Assembly (NCBI GenBank): GCA_964202905.1
Contig: CAXNJO010000017.1
Span: forward strand, 1-63,620
From: Polyangiales bacterium
GTDB taxonomy: Bacteria; Myxococcota_A; Polyangia; Polyangiales; JADJQN01
DNA length: 63,620 nt
Direction of reading: 5' to 3'
Within the stretch, counting starts at the first letter, position 1. Every line of letters starts with the position of its first letter. Below are positions 29,403 to 46,117 of this stretch, piece after piece. The translations under genes were made by a program, and so were the position numbers. The notes beneath the pieces are model-generated. The model did no database searches, had not been told where the DNA came from, and worked only from the letters and a program-made list of their open reading frames with translations.

Positions 29403-30322
29403 GGCCGCGGGCACGTGCGTGGAGCCCACGATCTTCCGCGCGGAGCAGGCCGATCTCGCAGCCGGCGGCGATGGCTATGGCCGCTGGCGCCGCTTCGCCG
29501 AGAGCCTCGGGCGCGGCGCCGAGTGGCGCGCGTGGAGCGAGGACGAGACGTGCTCCGGCACGGCCGTGCAGGGCGATCCCGCGACGGGTCGCGGCCCCGG
29601 CACGCCCTCCTGCGGCGCGCCGATGGCGCCCTCCTGCGACCCGGCCGGCGGCAACGACACGATCGCGCGGGCGACGCCGCTCGCAGCCGGCAAGACGAGC
29701 GCGCGGATCTGCAAAGGCGACGTCGACGTCTACCGCGTCGACGCGGGCTCGAGCGTCGGCGACCGTCGTGCTCGCCTTCCGCCACGCCGCGGGCGACCTC
29801 GATCTCCAGGCGCTCCGCGCCGACGGCAGCGTGATCGCCGAGAGCAACGGCACCGGCGACGAAGAACGCGTGCAGGCGAGCGGCACCTTCTACGTGCGCG
29901 TGCTCGGCTACGCCGGCGCCGCGAACGACTACACGATCCGCCGCTGAACCCGCGCGAATCGCGCCGTACGCACGACGGGCAGCGTCCCCAAATCAGGACA
30001 TGGTGGGCAGCGGGCGTCGTGCCCGCTGCGCGTCCCGTCGAACCGACCGCCCCCTGCAGGCAACGACCGGCTGCGCCTCGGCATCCTGCTCTTCGCCGCC
30101 TGCGCGCTGCCGCTCGCCATCGGGCTCGCGGCGCGCGTGCTGTGCGCCTCGGCCCTCTCGCGCCGGCCGAGGCGCCCGCGACCCGCCCTGTTTTTCAGGC
30201 GGCCTCCGCCTCGCGCAGCTTGCTCTCCGGCAGCGTGCCGGGAGGGCCCAGCGATCGCCTCGTGCGCGTGGCCGAGCCGCTCGCGCGCGACCTCGCCCTC
30301 GACGAAGAAGCGCGCAGACGAG
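29403..30322 (+). repeat. Long direct repeat, copy 2 (5'-truncated, frameshifted copy of the PPC-domain gene end)
   Basis: Matches 287-1205 with clustered substitutions and a 1-bp indel near 29755. Confidence 0.95.
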
Positions 30323-30401
30323 CGAGAACCGGAGGTCGCCGACCTGGAGCGCGCGGTCTACCGGCCTTCGCCTTCGACCGCGAGCTCCAGGCGTGCGCGG
30401 G

Positions 30402-32258
30402 TCAGCGCACGGTGCAGGTCACGCCGGACGCGTCCCCGCCCGGCACGACCGGCGCGCGGAACACCGACACGAGGCCACCGATCTCGGTCGCGTCGCGCGC
30501 GACAGGGCACGACACCTCGACCGTGACCGGGGCATCCTTGGCCACGACCGTGCCGAGCGCGTCGGCGTGCAGACACGGGAAGCCGCCGAGAACGTGGCTC
30601 GCCTCGCACACGCGCACCGCGACCGGCGCGCTCGCCGAGGCCGCCGTGCACGAGAGCGTCACCGTCTCGCCGGGTGTGCACGTGACCAGCTCGCCGGGCT
30701 GACGCGCATAGTCGCAATTGCGCTCCGCGCCGACCAGGAAGCGGCCGCACGGCGCGGTCGCGAGCCCACCCTCCTCCGGGAGCGTCACGGGCGCCTCGGC
30801 GGAGTTGTCGGCATTCGCGTCCGGGAAGCGGTCGCACACGAAGCGCTGCTCGATCTCGCCCGCCTCGCTGCGGAACTCGGTCGGCTCGAAGGTGGGATTG
30901 CCCTCGCCGTCGAGCACGAGCGCGCCCTCGCAGAGGAACTCGTCGGGGTTCACGACGAAGCGCAGCGGCGCCGTGATCCCGCCGGTCGCGTCGATCGGCG
31001 TCACGTCGACCCACTGGCAGTCGAGCCCCGCGATGTAGTCGTCGCCCCAGCCCGCCGCGACGCCCTGGAACGCACACGAGTATGGGTGCGTGAGCGGCGT
31101 CTGCTCGTTGTTGAAGTAGCGCGACGTGCTCTCGAGGCAGAAGGCGCGCTTGCCACCGAGCGCCGTCTCGCCCGAGCCGAACTCGAAACGGCCGTAGTGG
31201 TTGAAGTGCATGTGCCCGTGGCACTCGCTGAACGAGACGAGGCGGTTCTGCACGGCGAGGCTCGTCGGCCCCACCTCCCCGAGCGCGATGTCCTCGTCGC
31301 CACGGTTCTGGACCGTCGCCGTGAACTGCAGCAGGCGACGCCACCCGCCGGCGCCGACGCATCCCTCGCTGATGGCGCACGAATCGGCCCGGAAGTAGCG
31401 GTACACGATGCGGTGATCGCGGACGCCCTCCTCCATCGCGCGGAGCTGCGGGCCCCCGTCGCGCTGGGTGCCGACGCGCACGTCGGCCGCACGCGCGTCG
31501 TCCCACGCGATGCGCTCGAAGTGGAAGACGACCTCGCTGCGACCGACCGCCGCCTCGAGGGCCTCGACGCACGACTCGACGGGCATGTCGGTGATGTGGC
31601 ACTCGCTCGCGCCGGGCACCCGGGCGCCCTCGCACGTGTCGTCGAAGAACAGGCGCGCGTTCTCCGTGTCGACGCTGTTCGGCGGGAAATCCGACTCGTT
31701 CATGCACGCGTACCCGGTCCGCTCGAGCAGGCTCTCGGGGTCGGCCGGCAGCACGAAGGGCTCGTCGACCGTGCCGCCGATCGTCGCGAGGGCCGGGTCG
31801 GCGAGACCCGCCTCCTCGAGCGGCGAGAGCAGCGTGCCCGCGAAGGCGTAGTCGACGAACACGTAGTCGTGCCCATCGACGGTCCCGCGCGACGCGGTGC
31901 CGGGCGTGATCTCCCATTGCTCGACCGGCGGCAGCGGGAGCTGCCCGAGGCCGTCGACGTAGAGGTTGCGATACACGAGGCGGTAAAGCGCCGTCTCGAC
32001 CTGCCGCGCCGCGCGCCCGCGCCAGAAGCCCGCGTCTTCGGCGAGCAGGGCCGTGGCGAGCGCCTCGCGCGCCCCCTCGGGCACCCCATCGAGCAGCACG
32101 CCGACGCGGCTCTGGAGCGAGACGTCGATGAGCGCACCCGGGTCGGTCGGGGCGGGTGCCGTCGGCTCGCAGCCGCCGAGCGAAGAGGCGAGGCAGAGGG
32201 CTGCGCCGGCGCCGAAGGTCCGCGCACGGATACGTGGGGAAAGGTGGGACTGTTTCAT
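30402..32258 (-). CDS. Lipoprotein with lysyl oxidase domain
   Basis: LGGC lipobox; RRLLQF...VQNRG, CHGHMHF (Cu-binding), GKRAFCLE (LTQ Lys), GWGDDY (LTQ Tyr), LDCQWVDVT. Confidence 0.85.
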   Translation of the reverse strand: MKQSHLSPRIRARTFGAGAALCLASSLGGCEPTAPAPTDPGALIDVSLQSRVGVLLDGVPEGAREALATALLAEDAGFWRGRAARQVETALYRLVYRNLYVDGLGQLPLPPVEQWEITPGTASRGTVDGHDYVFVDYAFAGTLLSPLEEAGLADPALATIGGTVDEPFVLPADPESLLERTGYACMNESDFPPNSVDTENARLFFDDTCEGARVPGASECHITDMPVESCVEALEAAVGRSEVVFHFERIAWDDARAADVRVGTQRDGGPQLRAMEEGVRDHRIVYRYFRADSCAISEGCVGAGGWRRLLQFTATVQNRGDEDIALGEVGPTSLAVQNRLVSFSECHGHMHFNHYGRFEFGSGETALGGKRAFCLESTSRYFNNEQTPLTHPYSCAFQGVAAGWGDDYIAGLDCQWVDVTPIDATGGITAPLRFVVNPDEFLCEGALVLDGEGNPTFEPTEFRSEAGEIEQRFVCDRFPDANADNSAEAPVTLPEEGGLATAPCGRFLVGAERNCDYARQPGELVTCTPGETVTLSCTAASASAPVAVRVCEASHVLGGFPCLHADALGTVVAKDAPVTVEVSCPVARDATEIGGLVSVFRAPVVPGGDASGVTCTVR

Positions 32259-32585
32259 GCGGCGCAACCTACAGTCGCACGCAGCGCATGGTCAACCCTG
32301 CAGAGGCCGACCGCCGATCGCTTCCCACCCCTTCAAAAACCAGTTGGTCCGACGCTGCGCCGGTGGAGGTAGGCGCTCGAATCGCAGGTCGTCGAGCGGA
32401 AGTCCCCGGCCGAGTGCGGCGTAGCGCGAGCCGATCGTGCGCCACGACGGGCGTGGCCCCTTGCTCGTGCTCACGCGCTCTGCCGCGCGAAGCAAGACGG
32501 CCGCAATCGCGTCTCGGTCATGTGCTCCGCGCGCGCCCGCATCCCGGCCGGGCGCACGCGGTCATGGACCTCGGACGCGTCCCGG

Positions 32586-33121
32586 TCAGCCCTGCTTGAT
32601 GAGCGCGAGGTCGAGCTGGATCTTCACCTCGTCGGCGACGAGCACGCCGCCCGCCTCGAGCGCCACGTTCCACACGCAGGCCGAAGTCCGAGCGCTTGAC
32701 CTTCGTGGTCGCCGTGCCGCCGATGCGGAGGTTGTCCCCACGGATCGCGCGCCTCGGGCGTGATGTCCGAGACCGCGAGCGCGACCTCCTTGGTGACGCC
32801 GTGCATCGTGAGGTCGCCGAAGAGCGTGAGCCCGTCACCGGTCGTCTCGGCGCGCTTCGACGTGAAGGTGATCGCGGGGTGCGTCGCGGCGTCGAAGAAG
32901 TCGGCGCTGCGGAGGTGCTCGTCCCGCTTCTCGTCGTGCGTGGCGATGGAAGCCGTCTCGATCGTGACGCTCGCCGTGGTGCCCTCGGGCTGCGCCGGAT
33001 CCCACGAGACCTCGCCGCTGAAGCGCTGGAACTCGCCGCGCACGGTCGAGACCATCATGTGGCGAATCGCGAACGAGGCGTGCGAGTGCGAGGGATCGAT
33101 CGTGTAGGTGGCGCGGCTCAT
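32586..33121 (-). CDS. yceI: YceI family lipid/polyisoprenoid-binding protein (two apparent frameshifts)
   Basis: IDPSHSHASFAIRHMMVSTVRGEF, RDEHLRSADFFD, GDLTMHGVTKEV, DPWG, RSDFGL. Confidence 0.9.
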
Positions 33122-33338
33122 GGTCGGGGGCTCTTTCGTGTTCGGGGGCGGCACGAGCGGGCATCCAACGATGTCCGTGGCGTGCTGCGAGAGGCCGCGA
33201 CTCTGGGTCGTCGCGCCCCGCCCGACCAGATCGCCGCACGACAACCCCACGTTGCGGTCTCGGAAACGCGCGCGGCCCGGCGTGTCACGCGCCCCCACGC
33301 CATGGCCAGACGGCAGGCCGTCCCTGTAGGCTGCCCGC

Positions 33339-34724
33339 ATGACGCGCCTCTTCCCGCTGCTCTTCGGTCTGCGCACGCGTGTGCCGCGCAAACCCTACGT
33401 CGTCGCGGGCCTCTCGCTCGCGGCGCTCAAGTTCGCGGTCGATTTCACGCTCGTCCAAAGCTTCACGGGCGAGTCGTGGTCGCCGCTCGGCTACCTCGTG
33501 CCGAGCGTGCTGCTGCGCGAGACGGGGCACGGCTCCGCGCCGGTCGCCATGTACGTGCTGCTCGCGGTGAGCGCGATGCCCTTCCTCTGGATCGGACTGT
33601 CGATGAGCGTGCGGCGCGCGGCCGATGCGGGCCTCTCGCCGTGGCTGGGCGTGCTCTTCGTCGTGCCGCTCGTCAATTACGCGATCATCGCCGCGCTCTC
33701 GCTGCTGCCTTCGAAGGGCGACGCCGCGTGGCACGCGCAGCTCGGCGCTGCGAGCACACCGCGCGACGAGCCGCCGCCGCTCACCGACGGCGTGCGCGCG
33801 GCGCTGCTCGGCCTGCTCGGCAGCATCGGCGTGGGCCTCGCGATGCTGTGGCTGAGCGTCTACGGCCTGAAGCTTTACGGCGCCGCGCTCTTCTTCGCGA
33901 CGCCCTTCGCGATGGGCACCGTCTCGTCGGCCGTCTACAACCGCACCGTGCAGCGCGGCCTCGTCGCGACGCTCGCCCTCGCGCTCGTCGGCACCGCGAT
34001 GACGGGCTCGATCGTGCTGCTCTTCGCGCTCGAGGGCGTGATCTGCCTCGCGATGGCCTTCCCCATCGCGGCCGCGATCTCGCTCGCGGGCGCGCTCGTC
34101 GCGTGGGCCATCGCCGCGGGCGTGCGCGACACGGCGAGCAAGCCCGTCGGCGCCGCGTTCCTCTTCATCCTGCCGCTGCTCGCCTTCGGCGAATCGCACG
34201 TCGAGACGCCCACGCTGCGGCACGTCACGACCACCATCGAGGTCGACGCGCCCCCCGAAGCGATCTGGCCGAACGTGATCGGCTTCTCCGAGTTGCCCCC
34301 GCCGCCCGAGTGGTTCTTCCGCCTCGGCGTCGCGTTCCCGCAGCGCGCGCGCATCGAGGGCGCAGGCGTCGGCGCGGTGCGCCACTGCGAGTTCTCGACG
34401 GGCCCCTTCGTCGAGCCGATCACGGTGTGGGATCCCCCGCACCGGCTCGCCTTCGACGTGACCTCACAGCCCCCCTCGATGAGCGAGCTCAGCCCGTACC
34501 ACCGCGTGAACGCGCCCCACCTCGAGGGCTACATGGTCTCGCGCGGCGGCGAGTTCCGCCTCGTCCCGCTCCCGGGCGGCCGCACCCGCATCGAGGGCAC
34601 CACGCACTACACCCTCGCCATCTACCCCGAGCTCTACTGGGTCGGCTTCGCCGAAGTCCTGCTCCACGCCATCCACTGGCGCGTGCTGTCGCACATTCGC
34701 GATCTCAGCGAGCACGGCGGCTGA
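33339..34724 (+). CDS. Membrane protein: DUF805-like N-terminus fused to SRPBCC domain
   Basis: SVRRAADAGLSPW...VPLVN, multiple TM segments, TTIEVDAPPEAIW...RHCEFSTGPFVEPITVWD. Confidence 0.75.
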   Translation: MTRLFPLLFGLRTRVPRKPYVVAGLSLAALKFAVDFTLVQSFTGESWSPLGYLVPSVLLRETGHGSAPVAMYVLLAVSAMPFLWIGLSMSVRRAADAGLSPWLGVLFVVPLVNYAIIAALSLLPSKGDAAWHAQLGAASTPRDEPPPLTDGVRAALLGLLGSIGVGLAMLWLSVYGLKLYGAALFFATPFAMGTVSSAVYNRTVQRGLVATLALALVGTAMTGSIVLLFALEGVICLAMAFPIAAAISLAGALVAWAIAAGVRDTASKPVGAAFLFILPLLAFGESHVETPTLRHVTTTIEVDAPPEAIWPNVIGFSELPPPPEWFFRLGVAFPQRARIEGAGVGAVRHCEFSTGPFVEPITVWDPPHRLAFDVTSQPPSMSELSPYHRVNAPHLEGYMVSRGGEFRLVPLPGGRTRIEGTTHYTLAIYPELYWVGFAEVLLHAIHWRVLSHIRDLSEHGG

Positions 34725-34787
34725 GCCGCCTCCCGTCCCCCCGCTTTCGCTGGCACGCCCGGACGCGCTCGGGGCATCCTCCGCCGC

Positions 34788-37700
34788 ATGCTGACGCTCC
34801 CCGGCGCCCCGGCGCACTCGCCCGCGCGCACGCAGAAGATCCTCGACGCGCTCCGCGCGCACGTGCCCGGCGTCTCCGCGCTCGCCGCGGAATACGTGCA
34901 TTTCGTCGACGTCGCGCGGCCGCTCACGGCGGAAGAAGCCGACGTCCTCGCGCGGCTGCTCGAGTACGGGCCGCGCTTCACGTCGCAGGCGCTCGCGGGC
35001 GCGGTGCGCATCGTGGTGCCGCGGCTCGGCACGATCAGCCCCTGGTCGTCGAAGGCGACGGACATCGCGCGCATCGCCGGCCTCGACGCGGTGCGCCGCA
35101 TCGAGCGCGGCACGCGCTGGGTGCTCGCGGGCGCCTCCGAGTCTGAGATCGACGGGCTCGCCGCGCTGCTGCACGACCGCATGACCGAGGCGGTGCTGCG
35201 CACGCCCGAGGAGGCCGCCGCGCTCTTCGTCCGCGAGGCGCCGCGCCCCGGGCGCAGCGTGCCGCTCGGCACAGAGGGCCGTGACGCGCTCGTGCCGCGC
35301 CAATCGCGCGCTCGGGCTCGCGCTCGCCGAGGACGAGATCGATTATCTGGTCGCCGCCTTCGGCACGCTCGGCCGCGACCCGACGGATGTCGAATTGATG
35401 ATGTTCGCGCAGGCCAACTCCGAGCATTGCCGACACAAAATCTTCAATGCCGATTACGTGATCGACGGAGTTCCGCAGGAGCGCTCGCTCTTCCAGATGA
35501 TCCGCAACACGGCAGCCCACGCCCCCGCGGGCGTGCTCGGCGCCTACAAAGACAACGCCGCGGTGCTCGAAGGCAGCGTCGCGCAGCGCTTCTTCGTCGA
35601 TCCGCGCACGGGCGTCTACGGCGCGCACGAAGAGCCGATTCACATCCTCATCAAGGTCGAGACGCACAATCACCCCACCGCGATCTCCCCGTTTGCGGGC
35701 GCGTCCACGGGCTCGGGCGGCGAGATCCGCGACGAGGGCGCGACGGGGCGCGGCAGCAAGCCCAAGGCCGGCCTCGTCGGCTTCACCGTCTCGAATCTCC
35801 GGATTCCCGGCGCACTCCGTCCCTGGGAGCGTGACCACGGCAAACCCGCGCGCATCGCGAGCGCCCTCGACATCATGCTCGACGGCCCGCTCGGCGCCGC
35901 CGCCTTCAACAACGAGTTCGGTCGCCCCGCGATCTGCGGGTATTTCCGCACCTTCGAACAGCGCGTCACGGGCCCCGCGGGCGACGAGATCCGCGGTTAT
36001 CACAAACCCATCATGCTCGCGGGCGGACTCGGCAACATCCGCCCCGAGCACGTGAAGAAGGGTGCGATCCCCGTCGGCGCGCGGCTCGTCGTGCTCGGTG
36101 GTCCAGCGATGTTGATCGGATTGGGCGGCGGCGCGGCCTCGTCGATGGCGACGGGCGCGAGCCACGAAGACCTCGATTTCGCCTCCGTGCAGCGCGACAA
36201 CGCCGAGATGGAGCGGCGTTGTCAGGAGGTCATCGACCGCTGCTGCGCGCTCGGCGCGGAGAGCCCGATCGTCTCGATCCACGACGTCGGCGCGGGCGGC
36301 CTCTCGAACGCGATGCCCGAGCTCGTGCACGAGTCGCATCGCGGCGCGCGCCTCCAATTGCGCGCGGTGCCGAGCGACGAGCCCGGCATGTCGCCGCTCG
36401 AGCTCTGGTGCAACGAGAGCCAGGAGCGCTACGTGCTCGCGATCGACGCGGCGCGCTTCGACGTGTTCGCGGCGCTCTGCGAGCGCGAGCGTGCGCCGTA
36501 TGCCGTGCTCGGCGACGCGACCGAAGCGCCCGATCTCGTCGTCGAGGACGCGCATTTCGGCGACGCGCCCATCGCGCTGCCGCTCGAGGTGCTGCTCGGC
36601 AAGCCGCCCAAGATGACGCGGCACGCCGAGCATCTGCGCACGCCGCGCACGCCGCTCGACACGGCGTCGATCTCGTTCGCGGAGGCCGTCGAGCGCGTGC
36701 TGCGCCTGCCCGCCGTCGCCGACAAGACCTTCCTCATCACCATCGGCGACCGCACCGTCACCGGCCTCATCGCGCGTGATCCGATGGTCGGTCCGCACCA
36801 GATCCCCGTCGCCGACGCCGCGCTCACCTGCGCGAGCTTCGAAGGCTACGCGGGCGAGGCGATGGCGATGGGCGAGCGCACGCCCGTGGCGCTGCTCGAT
36901 CCGGCCACGTCTGCACGCCTCGCCGTCGCCGAGACGATCACGAACCTCGCGGGCGTGCCGCTGCGCGCGCTCGGCGACGTGAAGCTGAGCGCAAACTGGA
37001 TGGCCCCCGCGGGCCACCCGGGCGAGGACGCAGGCCTCTACGACATGGTGCGCGCCGTCGGCATGGAGCTCTGCCCCGCGCTCGGCATCGCCATCCCCGT
37101 CGGCAAGGACTCGATGTCGATGCGCACCGTCTGGGAGGAGCAAGGCGAGCCCCGCAGCGTGACCGCGCCGCTCTCGCTCGTCGTCTCGGGCTTCGCGCCG
37201 GTGCCCGATGTGCGCGCGGCGATCACACCGCTGCTCCGCACCGATCGCGGGCCGACCGCGCTGCTGCTCGTCGACCTCGGGCGCGGCCGCGATCGCACCG
37301 GCGCCTCCGCGCTCGCGCAGGTCTACGAACAGCTCGGCGATCTGCCGCCCGACCTCGACGCACCCGCCGATCTCGTCGCCTTCTTCGACACGGTGCAATC
37401 TCTCGCGCGCGAGGGGCTGCTGCTCGCCTACCACGATCGCTCGGACGGCGGCCTCTTCGTCACCGCCTGCGAGATGGCCTTCGCGGGCGCGACGGGCCTG
37501 CGTCTCGCTCTGCCCGCAGGCCGCGATCCGCTCGCCGCCGCCTTCGCGGAAGAGCTCGGCGCGCTCCTCCAGGTGCGCGAGGGCGACGCCGCATCGGTCA
37601 TCGCACGGTTCGCCGCCGCCGGTCTCGCGGGCTGCGTGCACGTGCTCGGCGCTCCCAGCGACGACGGCGCGATCACCATCACGCAGGATGGTTCCTTGAT

Positions 37701-38670
37701 CTACGCGGCACAGCTCACGGCGCTCCGCGCCGCGTGGTCCGAGACGACGCACCGCCTGCAGCGCCTCCGCGACGACGCGGGCTGCGCCGATGAGGAGCAG
37801 GCACTGCGCGTCGATTCTCACGCCCCCGGCCTCGTGCCCGCGCTCACCTTCGATCCGCAGGAGGACATCGCCGCGCCGCTCGTCGCACGGGGCACGCGGC
37901 CGCGCGTCGCCATCTTCCGAGAGCAGGGCGTGAACGGGCACGTCGAGATGGCCGCCGCCTTCCACCGCGCGGGCTTCGAAGCGGTCGACGTGCACACGAG
38001 CGATCTGCTCTCCGGCCGCGTGACGCTCGAGGGCTTCCGCGGCCTCGTCGCGTGCGGCGGATTCTCGTACGGCGATGTGCTCGGCGCCGGCGGGGGCTGG
38101 GCGAAGACGCTGCTCTTCCACGCGGGCGCGCGCGCCGCGCTCGCCGCCTTCTTCGCACGCGAAGACACCTTCACGCTCGGCGTCTGCAACGGCTGCCAGA
38201 TGGTCTCGACGCTGCGCGATCTCATCCCCGGCGCCGCGCTCTGGCCGCGCTTCGTGCGCAACCGCAGCGAGCGCTTCGAGGCGCGCCTCGCACAGGTCCG
38301 CGTCGAGAAGAGCGCCTCCATCCTGCTGCGCGGCATGGAGGGCGCGCGCCTGCCCATCGCCGTCGCGCACGGCGAGGGCCGCGTGGAGGTCCGCGACGAC
38401 GCGCACCTCGCCGCGATCGAAGACGCCGGCCTCGTCGCCCTGCGCTGGGTCGACGGCCACGGCGCCGTCGCGAGCAGCTACCCCACCAACCCCAACGGCT
38501 CGCCGCACGGCATCACCGCGCTCACCTCCACGGACGGCCGCGCCACCATCCTGATGCCGCACCCCGAGCGCGTCTGGCGCACCGTCCAGCACTCGTGGTC
38601 CCCCGACGACTGGGGCCCCGATGGCCCGTGGCTGAGGCTCTTCCGCAACGCCCGCGCGTGGGTGGGGTGA
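34788..38670 (+). CDS. purL: Phosphoribosylformylglycinamidine synthase, large single-chain form (frameshift near 35295)
   Basis: [58 protein letters not shown]. Confidence 0.97.
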
Positions 38671-38697
38671 GCCTGAGGGACATATCCCGTCCCTCTC

Positions 38698-39384
38698 GTG
38701 CCCGACCGTCGTGAGGTGCGTTACGTCGATGTCTGCTGCGGGCCGAGCGTCACCCACCTCGACGTGACGGCACGCGACGCGGCCGCCGCCGCGCGCATCG
38801 CGCCGTGGCTGCGCGACGTCGAAGGCGATTCGACGGCGCGCGACGACGGGTCGCTGAGCGACGACGCGGACGCGCAGGCCCCGCGCATCACGCTCGTCGT
38901 CGGCACCGACCCGCATGCACCAATCGTCGAAGCACGGTGCGGCGCGCGAGCGCTCGTGTTGTACGCGCCGCAGCGCGACGGCGATGTCTCTTCGCCGCTG
39001 CGCCGCGCGAGCGTCGACGAGGCCATCGCGCTCGGCCTCTCGTGGGCGCTCGGCGCCGACCGCGTCGGTTGCTTCGACCCGCTCGAGACGCTCTTTCCGA
39101 TGCCACACATCCGCGCCGAGGCGTGGGTGCTCGATTTGCACGACGGCATCGAGACGGTGCTCGCCACGCTGCTGCAGATTCCCGAGCTGCCGCGCGCAGA
39201 GCGGCTCGTGCAGCTCTGGTGCGGCGCCGGGCTCCCGCGTGGCCACCGCGTCGATGCGCTCACAACCTCCTTCCGCGCCAACGACGCCGACGCATGGGCG
39301 CTGCTCGACCCGCGCGCACCGCTCCCCGGCCGCGCCGCGCATCCGCACGTGCTCTTCGCGACGCTGGTAGTCTCCGGGCCGTGA
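38698..39384 (+). CDS. Hypothetical protein
   Basis: 228-aa ORF in the high-GC3 frame immediately after purL. Confidence 0.55.
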   Translation: MPDRREVRYVDVCCGPSVTHLDVTARDAAAAARIAPWLRDVEGDSTARDDGSLSDDADAQAPRITLVVGTDPHAPIVEARCGARALVLYAPQRDGDVSSPLRRASVDEAIALGLSWALGADRVGCFDPLETLFPMPHIRAEAWVLDLHDGIETVLATLLQIPELPRAERLVQLWCGAGLPRGHRVDALTTSFRANDADAWALLDPRAPLPGRAAHPHVLFATLVVSGP

Positions 39385-39446
39385 TTCCCGCGACGACGCG
39401 CCATCGCCACGACGTGAACCCTGCAAGCCGCGCATCGAGCGCCCTG

Positions 39447-40845
39447 ATGCTCGACGTCAGCCCATCGCCTCGCCGCGCGCGACCGAATCCTCCCCATCAC
39501 GGACGCACGCTCTCCGTGCTTGCGTTCGTGTCGCTGCTCGCCCTGAGCGCGTGTTCGCCGGGCGATTCGCCGATGATCGCTCGGCCGCGCGACGCCGGAA
39601 TGGACGCTGCGCCCTCCGACGCGTCCTCCGACGACGCCGCCCTCGACGCAGCGCCGGACGACGGCGCGGGACTCGACGCTGCGACTCCCGCCGACGCTGC
39701 GACGGATTTGGCCGCGCCGGATGCGAGCATGGGATTCGACGTGCCCACCGACGCGTGGACGCCAGGCCCGCTCAGCGGCACACCGCCCCGCGCGGAGTTG
39801 CTGCCGCTTCCGGGCGGCGGCGAGGGCGGGCCGGTGCTGACGAGCAACAACCCCGAGGAATACACGGGGGATGGGCTGCTCTACGGCAACGCGCGGCCCT
39901 CCCCCACGCGCGGCGGCACAGCCTATCCGCTCTCAGGCGATTTCGGCGTGTATCTGCACCACCTCAACCGCAGCGGGCGCATCTCCTATGTCTGGATTCT
40001 CGTCACCAATCCCGGGGCGAGCGACGTGACGGTGAGCGCCGAGGGCTCCGGCTACGACCAGTCCGAGACAGGCGGGCTCGGGCTCGGCACGAGCCCCGAT
40101 TACCGCGTGAGTCGCGAGTGGCTGAGCGGGAGTTTCGACACCACCGTCCCGCCGACCACGCTCGCGCCTGCGCGCCCGCTCGTCGTCTACCGCGAGGACG
40201 TGCCGAACGGCGCCGAAGTCGACGGGCGCTTCGCCATCCGCACGAGCGCACCCGTCTACGTCTACGTGGTCGCCACCGTCGATCGACGACGTCAACGAGG
40301 CCGTGCGCCGCTCCCGCGACGACGCGCCCGGCGATTACCGCGTCTCGGGCACGCCGCCGCCGCCCTTCGGCCGCGAAGCCGGCGTGTACGCGCACGACAC
40401 CTGGCGCGGACGCTTCGACGTCGCCGTGCCCGGCCGCGACGCGCACGTGGGGCTGATGGTCAACACCGCGACGGGCGCAGGCCTCCCGCAGGTGCAGGCC
40501 TTCCCGGCGCTCGCGCACTACGACCAGAGCGCGGCCGAGGCCGTCGGCATGTACGGCAACGTCTACGATCTCGACGTCGGCCTCGCGCACGACAGCGCCG
40601 ACACCGCCCCGCGCCGCGTGCGCGTCACCTTCCAGAGCCTCTCGACGGGCGCCGCTTCGCGCTATTGGGACGGCGTCGCCACGGTCGACGGCGTCGAGCG
40701 CGACATTCGCCACACCCCCGGATCCGTCGCGACGACCCTCGGCGAATTCACCCTCACCCCCGGCGAGCGCGTGCGCTTCCGCTTCCGCGCGATGGTCCCG
40801 GGCCTCACGTCGATCCCGCAGGCGTTGGTGTTGGAGTCGTATTGA
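39447..40845 (+). CDS. DUF3370-like lipoprotein (frameshift near 40283)
   Basis: LSAC lipobox, PLPG...PVLTSNNPE...GLL...YPLSGDFGVYLHH, GMYGNVY. Confidence 0.65.
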
Positions 40846-40939
40846 TCGGCAGAGAGCGTCGGAGTCGTTGTGTGGATTTCGCCCTCGTCATGCACGGCTG
40901 GACGCGTGCACGGCGTCACGCCGAATCCAGACGCCGAAA

Positions 40940-42560
<1,621 letters not shown>

Positions 42561-42637
42561 GGTCGGCGAGGATACCGCGGGCGCACGGCGCGGCGGCGCC
42601 TCGAAACGAGCTGCCCACCGGATGCGCGGCGATGCCG

Positions 42638-46031
<3,394 letters not shown>

Positions 46032-46117
46032 GCGCCGCGAATCTATCGCAACGCGCGCACGCACGCGGCGAGATCGGCGCGCCCCGCGCCACCGAGCGCC
46101 TGCGCTACCGTCGCCCC

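Noticed and set aside
35280..35310. Programmed frameshift in purL
   Set aside because: No slippery heptamer; one of many similar indels, best explained by sequencing error.
35035..39435. Very long antisense or alternate-frame ORFs (e.g. 35035-39435 -, 42632-46474 +, 48673-52230 -, 49200-52877 +, 57119-60382 -)
   Set aside because: Arg/Ala-rich shadow frames of recognisable genes, expected at this GC content.
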